A DNA stretch of 64,000 nucleotides from Rebecca billardiae RCC1528. Taxonomy: Eukaryota; Protista; Haptophyta. Where the stretch lies: positions 3,468,675 through 3,532,674 of the forward strand of contig OZ251226.1 of the NCBI GenBank assembly GCA_965240325.2, in the 5' to 3' direction. The position numbers were made by a program, and so were the translations under genes. The first letter of the stretch is position 1. Every line of letters begins with the position of its first letter. Below, piece after piece: positions 55,755-64,000 of this stretch. The notes below the pieces were generated by a model, which saw nothing but the letters and a program-made list of their open reading frames with translations, was not told where the DNA came from and did not search any database.

Positions 55755-58200
55755 AGCTGCCCCCGCCCCCGCGCCCCCATCTTCCACCTCGTCCGAGCTG
55801 CCTCCAGTGCGCGCCATCACGGCAGTGAGACGCCTACGCGCAGCTGCTGCATGCCGCTGGTCGCGCACGCGCCTCACGTCGAAGGCGCGGCCGCCCCTTG
55901 CAGGGACGCGTGCACGTGGCGATCGGGGCGAGCACACCCCAGCGTGGTCAGCGCGGGTCGGCAGTGGCGAGCAGCAGAAGCGCCGTCTCTATGTTGAACG
56001 GCCGCGCACGCCGCGGCCGAGCTCTGCGCGCAGACTTGGCGGCGCTGTTCACGCGTTGCTGACGGGCACCACGCGCTGCGCGGCGTCGTGCGAGTAATAG
56101 AGATGCGAATGCATCCTCCCGGCACGCGCGCTCGACCGCTCGGCGGTGCACTGGCTCGGCCGCCGGCGCGCAGCCGGCAGCATTTGCGTGCGGGCCGGGC
56201 GAGGGCCGGGCAGTGCGCTCGCGCCGCCGCGATGGCCGCGCGTGGGACGTGGCGAAGCTGGCCGAGGCGCGCGTGCTTTGACGGCGCGTGGATCCCCTCG
56301 CGCACCACTGCGCCGGCGTGCGCGCGCACGCTACGCGCACGACAGCAGCCCTCCGGGCGGGTGGCGTGGATGAAGCGCCGCCATGCTGGTCTTTGAGGCC
56401 GGATTTTCTCGATCGGTTGGTATGGCGGGTTTTTTTCGCAACGTCACCCGGCGACCGTTGGTCGCGGCAGCGCGCGAAGCGCGAATTCAGCATGGCCTCC
56501 TCTCCCCACGAGTCTGCATCCCGCGGCGCAGATGGGCGCGAGCCCGCGTCGGACGGGACGGTCGTGCGCCTGGAGGTACGCGCGTGGAGCGCCGTATCCG
56601 CCCCTGCGCCTCGCACCAGCCCAAGGCGGCCTCCGCCCCCGCCCCCCCGTCTCACTCGTCGTCCGACCTCCGGCTCCGGCTAGCCCGCAGTGGGCTCTCC
56701 AACAGCTGCGCCCGGCGGTTCGGGCGGGGGATCCGCAATGCTGGACGCGCACAGGCGGGCCGTCGATGCTTCGTGAGCGTCGTCTCATCGGCAGCCGTCA
56801 CCCGCCCCCGCGCCCGCCGCCGCCATTTTGGAGTCTCAGTCGCTGCTGCCCGTGTGAGTAGTGTGTCCAGCTGACCGCTCGGCAGCTGCCGCTGGCTTCT
56901 GCCTTCTGGCTGGCTAGGTGTGCGGTTAGGCCAAGCGTGGCGCAGCACTGCATGGTTGTGTGCGGGCAATCGGGCCACTCGGACGGCCGAGTCGGTTGGT
57001 GAACGGGCTACGCCCGCGTGGGCATCCCCACGTGCAGCAAGGGCTGCCCAGTTAGGGCGGGAGCGCGGCCGCGCCGAGCGGCGCGTCACGGCTGCCGATT
57101 GCGCGGCTCTTGCGCGGTGGAACTTGTCGCGTGAGCCCTCGCCCCGCCGCGCACGCTCCTGCGGCACCGAGGCTACCGCTCCGCGCCCGAGCAGATCGCG
57201 CGGCGCGCGCGGCGGCGCCTGCCGGGTGCTGCTGCTGTGGCAGCTACCGCCGAGCGCTGCTGGCTGGGCCGCACCGGAGAGGCGGGCCGCGCGGCCGGGC
57301 GCTGCGGATGTGGAGCGCAGTAGCTGGCCCAGCGCCTCGCACCGGTCGATGCTGCCCCCGCCCCGGCCCCCCATCTTACCCTCCGTCAAGCCTGCGCCTG
57401 GTGGGCCGCGTAGTGAGCGCGGCAAGCATCAGGGCGCTCCTCATCGCGCGCGAGCGCCAGCTCATCTGCGCACGGCCGTCCCACTGCGGTGCGGCTGGGT
57501 GCGCGCGCGCCTCGCGTCGATGGAGCGGGCGCGCCTTGCCGCGGCGGCCGAGACGAGCACTGTCGAAGCACTGTCGAGCGCGATCATCGCGGCGGCGAGC
57601 AGCGGTCGTGGCTGGCGCAACGCACCGGCCCCGCCCCCGCGCCCCCGCGCCCCCATCCTCCACCTCGTCCGAGCTGCCGCTGGTGCGCGCCATCACGGCC
57701 GCGCTGCGCACGCTCGCGCACGCGCCTCGCTTCGAGGGAGCGGCCGTCCCTTGCCGTGGTGCGTGGCGGTCGAGACGAGCGCACACTCCGGCGCCCATGA
57801 TCACCGCGGGTCGGCGGTGGCGAGCAGGAGTCGCGCAGCCTTCATTGTCAACAGCCGCGCGCGCGCCGCGGCCGAGCTCTGCGCGCAGACTTGGCAGCTG
57901 TTCACGCGTGGCTGGCGGGCACCACGCACTGCGCGGCGTCGTGCGTGCGAGTGGCGGAGACGCGAGTGCATCCCCCCAGCAAGCGCGCTCGGCCGCTCGG
58001 CCGTGCGCTCGCGCGGCCGCGCGCAGCCGGCAGCGTTTGCTTTCAGCGCGGGCCGAGCGAGCGGGCAGTGCGCTCGCGTCGGGGGCGCAGTCGCAAGGGC
58101 CACGGGTGGGGCGGTGCGAGCCGGAGGGGGTGCACCGAGCGCATGGCGCTCGGCGGCGCGTGGCCCCTCTCGCGCACCGCTGAGTCGCGCTGAGTCGGCG
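55755..58200. repeat. Degenerate subtelomeric duplication (about 55755-56345 vs about 57625-58200)
   Basis: Collinear shared blocks: ccacctcgtccgagctgcc, gcgcgccatcacgg, gccgcggccgagctctgcgcgcagacttggc, ctgttcacgcgt, gcagccggcagc and ccctcgcgcacc. Confidence 0.8.
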
Positions 58201-59526
58201 TGCGTGCGCGCCGGACAGCACGACGTCCGCCTTGAGCCCTTGAGTCTTGACCCCGCGAACGCCGAGGCGGAACGAGGGCCGCCATGCTTGCCGAGGGCTG
58301 TGGGGGCGTGGGTCGCCGGGCGGTGCTTTTTTCCCTCGCGCCTCCCGCCGATTCCGTCGCTTGTTCGCGAATCAGCATGGCAGCCCGAGTTCTCCGCGGG
58401 GTGGGTCTCGCTTTGCAGACAACGGCGGGAGGTGCCGGCGGGTCAGCAACGCGCGCACGCGCGTATGCGTGCTCCTCGTCCGCTACGCGCGCGTGCGCGC
58501 TCACTGCCTCGGCGCAGGCGTAGCTGCGCGCAGCGTGGCGGCTCGCGACCGCCGGGCGTCGCGGCTCGGGCCGCAGCGGCCTGGCAGGCGAGGCTCGCGC
58601 CGACGAGCAGCAGCCTGCGCACTGCGGTTTCGCGCGGGGTGCGTGCTGCGCGCTTGGACTGTCCTCTTGCCCGCGACTGCACGCACGCTCTGCGACGCGC
58701 ATGCCGCTGCGCGGCGTGGCGGCTCTCCGAGCGACGCGGCGCTCGGCGCCGCCGAGCCGCACTCGCGCGCCGCCACAGCCTCCGTCTCGGCGCCGCTCGC
58801 AGGCGGGCGCCTGCCGGCAGGCGCTGCGCGAGCGTCTACCGTCTCCGTCCCTTCCCCCTCTCTCGCGCCGGTCGCGCCCTCGGCCGGGCCGAAGCGACTG
58901 CCGCGTCGCTGCGCCGCCTCGGCGCGCCCCGCGGCGGCGAGGGCGGCGGCCCTGCGGCCAGCCGGTCGAGCGCTGGCACCGCGAGCCCGGCGCGCGGCGG
59001 CACGGGCGCGTGGCGCCGCCCCCGCCTGCGCGGCCGCACCCGAGCACGGCTACGCGCAGCGCGCGCGCCCGACGAGGACGAGCCGCGCCGGGCCTCCGCG
59101 CGCCGTGCACCGCCGGTTGGCCCGAGCGCGCGCGCCTCGGCGGCGCCGCCCTCGCGCGCGCCCGCGCCGCACGCCGCGCTCGCGGCTGGCTGCCGGGCGC
59201 CCGCGCGCCCGCGGCCGCGGCCGCGGGCCGCCGGCGCCGATGGTGGCGAGGTCGTCGGCCTCGCACGGGCTCGCGCCGGCGAGCGGCGCGCATGGCGAGG
59301 GCGGCATGGGCGCGCCCTCGCCGCCGCTGCCCGGCCGGCCGCCTCGCGCGCGGCTGCGCTGTCGCGGGAGGCGGCGATGGCTTTCGCGAGGCCACGCCGC
59401 CATCGCCCATCGCCGCCCAGCCAAATTCAGTTATTCATGCCGGCGCCGGCGGAGCCGGCCGTACATTTTTGTGGGCAGGCCCCTTATAACGGGGGTGGAC
59501 TCCATTTTTAACTTTGCGACGGCGCG

Positions 59527-59625
59527 AAAAGGGAAAGAGAGAGGGAGGAAGAGGGAGGAAGAAGGGGGAGAAGAGGGAGGGAAAAAGAGGGAGAAAGGAA
59601 AGAGAGAGGGAGGAATTGGAGGATG
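59527..59625 (+). repeat. Polypurine (A/G) low-complexity tract
   Basis: aaaagggaaagagagagggaggaagagggagg... with almost no pyrimidines. Confidence 0.85.
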
Positions 59626-60556
59626 TGAATATGCGGTTATCACTCTCACGCGGGCCGCACCGGCGGTCGGCGGAGGTGTCACTCACCGTCAGCCCACGCC
59701 ACAACGGTACTTACCGCGCGCCTCACCGCAGTCACCGCTGCTTACCACTGCTACGCCAGCACAGTCCCTGCGGCCTGCCTGATTAGTGATTGCGCGCGCG
59801 CCCACGCCCACGCGGCACACGGCCACGCACCCGGCCACACCTGCCACACGCACTGTCAGCAGTGTGAGTGGGGCGGTGCGCGCGGCCAGGCACACGCGCC
59901 GGCCACGGCCGCAACCTCGCGCGACGGCCACTGCTGTGGCGCCACTGCTGCGGCGCCGCACGCGGGTGCTGCTCCGCGCGCGCGGCTCTCTCCCCCTCCG
60001 CCGCGATGATACACACCGCGCGCAGCACGCGTCGCTGCGCCCGTGCGCCGTGGGCACACATAATCCAGGTTGAGCGTCGCCGAGGTGTTGGCGAGGAGCG
60101 CCGCCGCCAGCGCAGTCATCGGCTGTAACACTCGACCCACCGCCACCAGCCGCATCGCTTGGACTGGCACCGTCATGGCGACAGACGGCGTGAGGGGGCG
60201 ATGCAGGCGGGTTGCTGTAAGCGACAGCGTCCCGGCCGCGCTCCGCTCACGCAGTGCCATCCGCTGCGCCATGGCGTGCCCCCCTAGTTTTGCCAGAATC
60301 TGTAGTTTCCGAGAAGCGCAGCCGTCCGCGAGCGCTGGTTGGCCGGCGGCACACGTCTGATCCCCCTTAGACAATACTCATCTTGGGCTGTATCAGTGGG
60401 CACCAACACCAGCTGATACAGCCCGGCTGTGTATCAATGCCACCTGATACAGCCCAGCTGTGTATCAATGCCGGCTGATACAGGGCCCTGAGCCGACAGG
60501 CTGCACAGCCCCAGCCGCCGCGGCACCGTGTCCATACGTCAGCGCGCCGCCCGCCG

Positions 60557-61012
60557 CCCGGACTACCGCCTAATCCGGACTACAGGCCACCTGTATCACT
60601 GTATCACTGTATTCGCCTGTATCACTGACGATACGGGGGGCTCCCGTCCCGGCCACGCCGCCGCGCAGCACGCGCCGGCAGCCGCCCGCCCGGACTGCCG
60701 CCACCCGGACTACAGGCCACCCGTATCACTGTATCACTGTATCTGCCTGTATCACTGATACGGGGGGGCTCCTCCCGGCCCGGCGCCGCCGCGCCGCGCC
60801 GCCGTCCACCCGGACTGCCGCCACCCGGACTACAGGCCACCTGTATCACTGTATCACTGTATCTGCCTGTATCACTGATACGGGGAGGCCTCCTCCCGGC
60901 CGCGCCGCCGCGCCGCGCCGCCGTCCACCCGGACTGCCGCCACCCGGACTACAGGCCACCTGTATCACTGTATCACTGTATTTGCCTGTATCACTGATAC
61001 AGGGGGGCTCCT
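60557..61012 (+). repeat. Subtelomeric ~120-bp tandem repeat, 4 forward units
   Basis: Core ccggactacaggccacctgtatcactgtatcactgtatctgcctgtatcactgatacgggg; unit starts at about 60557, 60689, 60809 and 60928. Confidence 0.92.
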
Positions 61013-61208
61013 CGGCCGGCTGACGACCGTCGGGCCGCGCAGCGTCGCCCACTGGGCGCGCCGTCCGCCCGCCGCGCCGGATGCCCGGACTGCCGCCGCC
61101 ACCCGCCCCCTGGCTTGGCACCGGATTTCAGAGTCCGGGCGACGGAATTGTCCGCGCCTGAGTCCGGGGCCGGCGGCGGGCGTGCGGAGCCGGCGCGGTG
61201 GCCGGGAC

Positions 61209-61629
61209 GGGAGCCCCCCGCCGTATCAGTGATACAGGCAGATACAGTGATACAGTGATACAGGTGGCCTGTAGTCCGGGTGGCGGCAGTCCGGGTGGAC
61301 GGCGGCGCGGCGCGGCGGCGCGGCCGGCGGAGGAGCCCGCCCCCGTATCAGTGATACAGGCAGATACAGTGATACAGTGATACAGGTGGCCTGTAGTCCG
61401 GGTGGCGGCAGTCCGGGTGGACGGCGGCGCGGCGCGGCGGCGCGGCCGGGAGGAGCCCCCCCCGTATCAGTGATACAGGCAGATACAGTGATACAGTGAT
61501 ACAGGTGGCCTGTAGAGTGTAGTCCGGGTGGCGGCAGTCCGGGTGGACGGCGGCGCGGCGCGGCGGCGCGGCCGGGAGGAGCCCCCCCGAATCAGTGATA
61601 CAGGCAGATACAGTGATACAGTGATACAG
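61209..61629 (-). repeat. Same subtelomeric repeat, 4 inverted units (last one partial)
   Basis: ccccgtatcagtgatacaggcagatacagtgatacagtgatacaggtggcctgtagtccgg is the reverse complement of the core. Confidence 0.92.
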
Positions 61630-62265
61630 CGGCAGCGGGTTTCAAAACGGCCGGCGATTCGCGGCCGGGCCCGACGACCCCCACTCTCGCGCGATGGCAA
61701 GGCGCGCGTCTTCGCAGCTCGTGTGGGCGTGAGTGCCGGGCCGCGTCAGGGCGCGCTGGAGCCGTGGCGTGATGGAGACGTGGCGCCCGTGCGCTGTTCT
61801 GCGAGCCGCACCGCGACAGCCAGGCATCGCTGCAGTTGTCGCCACGCACGCTCGCGGCGGCCGCTGACGGCACGTCGCAGCCGCCGCCGGCTGCCGCGCC
61901 AATGACTGACTGGCACGCGCCCTGCGGGCCGAGCGCGCAGGCGAGAGCCGGCACCGTGCCTGCTGGCCGCCGCCGTGTCTGATCACCGCCCGTGCCCTCG
62001 CCGGCAGCGCGCGTGCGGCGCTGCGTATGCTGCGGCGCACAACGGCTCGCCAGCCAGCTCGGCCGTCAGGGCCTCGTGCCGTGTCGCCCCCCGCCCCGCC
62101 CCCCCCGTCTTGCTCACCGTTGACTGATCATCCGCGGCACGCAGGCGAGCCAACTTTACAACCGTCGGGGCCGGGAACTCCCTGTTCAGGCCGCCGCAAT
62201 CGTCCCTGTCCGCGCCCGGACTGCTCAACTCTGCTGCCGCCGGCACTCGCCGGCACACGCCCAGA

Positions 62266-62579
62266 CTCCAGACTGCCACCACCCGGACTACCAGGCCACC
62301 TGCTGTATCACTGTATCACTGTATCTGCCTGTATCACTGATACGGGGGGCCTCCTTGCCAGCTGCCGCGCCGCGCGCGCCACCGTCCGCTCCCGGACTGC
62401 CGCCATCCGGACCACAGGCCAGGCCCGTGTATCACTGTATCACTGTATCTGCCTGTATCACTGATACGGGGGGCCTCCTTGCCTGACCTTGCCAAGCCGC
62501 CACCGCGCGCGCCGCCGTCCGCTCCCGGACTACCGCCATCCGGACTAAAGCAGGCCTCCTGTATCACTGTATCACTGTA
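62266..62579 (+). repeat. Same subtelomeric repeat, 3 more diverged forward units; the last is truncated by the telomere
   Basis: The core recurs at about 62300, 62428 and 62559; the last reads ctgtatcactgtatcactg and then tagggttaggg. Confidence 0.9.
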
Positions 62580-62885
62580 GGGTTAGGGTTAGGGTTAGGG
62601 TTAGGGTTAGGGTTAGGGGTTAGGGGTTAGGGGTTAGGGTTAGGTTAGGGTTAGGGGTTAGGGTTAGGGTTTAGGGGTTAGGGTTAGGGTTAGGGTTAGG
62701 GTTAGGGTTAGGGTTAGGGTTAGGGTTAGGGTTAGGGTTAGGGTTAGGGTTAGGGGTTAGGGGTTAGGGTTAGGGGTTAGGGTTAGGGTTAGGGTTAGGG
62801 TTAGGGTTAGGGTTAGGGTTAGGGTTAGGGATAGGGTTAGGGATTAGGGTTAGGGTTAGGGTTAGGGATTAGGGTTAGGTTAGGG

Positions 62886-62924
<39 letters not shown>

Positions 62925-63049
62925 TAGGTTAGGGTTAGGGTTAGGGTTAGGGGTTAGGGTTAGGGTTAGGGTTAGGGTTAGGGTTAGGGTTAGGGTTAGG
63001 GTTAGGGTTAGGGTTAGGGTTAGGGTTAGGGTTAGGGTTAGGGTTAGGG

Positions 63050-63090
<41 letters not shown>

Positions 63091-63111
63091 GGGTTAGGGT
63101 TAGGGTTAGGG

Positions 63112-63152
<41 letters not shown>

Positions 63153-63377
63153 GGTTAGGGTTAGGGTTAGGGTTAGGGTTAGGGTTAGGGTTAGGGTTAG
63201 GGTTAGGGTTAGGGTTAGGGTTAGGGTTAGGGGTTAGGGTTAGGGGTTAGGGTTAGGGTTAGGGTTAGGGTTAGGGTTAGGGTTAGGGGTTAGGGTTAGG
63301 GTTAGGGTTAGGGTTAGGGTTAGGGTTAGGGTTAGGGTTAGGGTTAGGGTTAGGGTTAGGGTTAGGGTTAGGGTTAG

Positions 63378-63415
<38 letters not shown>

Positions 63416-63654
63416 GGTTAGGGTTAGGGTTAGGGTTAGGGTTAGGGTTAGGGTTGAGGGTTAGGGTTAGGGTTAGGGGTTAGGGTTAGGGTTAGGGTTA
63501 GGGTTAGGGTTAGGGTTAGGGTTAGGGGTTAGGGTTAGGGTTAGGGTTAGGGTTAGGGTTAGGGTTAGGGTTAGGGTTAGGGTTAGGGTTAGGGTTAGGG
63601 TTAGGGTTAGGGTTAGGGTTAGGGTTAGGGTTAGGGTTAGGGTTAGGGTTAGGG

Positions 63655-63695
<41 letters not shown>

Positions 63696-63990
63696 GGTTA
63701 GGGTTAGGGTTTAGGGGTTAGGGGTTAGGGTAGGTTAGGGTTAGGTTAGGTTAGGGTTAGGGTTAGGGTTAGGGTTAGGGTTAGGGTTAGGGGTTAGGGT
63801 TAGGGTTAGGGTTAGGGTTAGGGTTAGGGTTAGGGTTAGGGTTAGGGTTAGGGTTAGGGGTTAGGGTTAGGGTTAGGGTTAGGGGTTAGGGTTAGGGGTT
63901 AGGGTTAGGGTTAGGGTTAGGGGTTAGGGTAGGGTTAGGGTTAGGGTTAGGGTTAGGGTTAGGGTTAGGGTTAGGGTTAGGGTTAGGGTT
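62578..63990 (+). repeat. Telomere, (TTAGGG)n
   Basis: About 1.4 kb of TTAGGG with sporadic TTAGGGG/TTTAGGG variants; the G-rich strand runs 5'->3' toward the end of the window. Confidence 0.99.
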
Positions 63991-64000
63991 GGGTGGACCG

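Noticed and set aside
55200-60380. Telomere-targeting retrotransposon or transposase in the subtelomere
   Set aside because: No reverse transcriptase, endonuclease, helicase or DDE motifs were recognisable in any of the supplied translations.
60557-62579. CRISPR-like appearance (conserved partly palindromic core plus variable linkers)
   Set aside because: The linkers are related to each other rather than unique spacers, the units occur in both orientations, no cas genes are present, and the context is a eukaryotic subtelomere.
62578-64000. Telomere variants (TTAGGGG, TTTAGGG) and the non-telomeric last ~10 nt
   Set aside because: Scattered homopolymer-length changes and a short terminal tail fit low-coverage long-read consensus error better than biology.

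Overview
This is a very GC-rich, gene-dense eukaryotic chromosome end. About 55 kb of compact genes with few introns is followed by about 7 kb of gene-poor subtelomere and about 1.4 kb of (TTAGGG)n telomere. Extreme GC content, TTAGGG telomeres, a flagellar IFT81 gene, a bipartite plastid-targeting leader and a GC-AG intron suggest a haptophyte alga, possibly Pavlovales (inference). Recognisable genes, in order: F-box/RCC1 protein (partial), CoA synthase with an extra HD-like domain, GT32 glycosyltransferase, plastid-targeted DUF1517-like protein, LRR protein, mitochondrial carrier, IFT81, EsV-1-7 repeat protein, sulfotransferase, aminopeptidase N, membrane-anchored pyroglutamyl peptidase, GRF-zinc-finger/PARP-like protein, a roughly 2,600-aa WD40-TRP-like channel, MFS-like transporter, cysteine synthase, YdcZ-type DMT transporter, PAS-LOV protein, bestrophin-like channel, SPFH protein, FAM172/Arb2 protein, a putative glycosyltransferase, an unknown membrane protein and an XRN-like nuclease. 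The most unusual features are a subtelomeric ~120-bp repeat built on TGTATCA/TGATACA motifs, arranged as a ~1-kb foldback palindrome and truncated directly by the telomere, and several unusual domain fusions. Most long alternative-frame ORFs in the supplied track are artefacts of GC richness. All family calls come from motif recognition by eye; no database searches were run.
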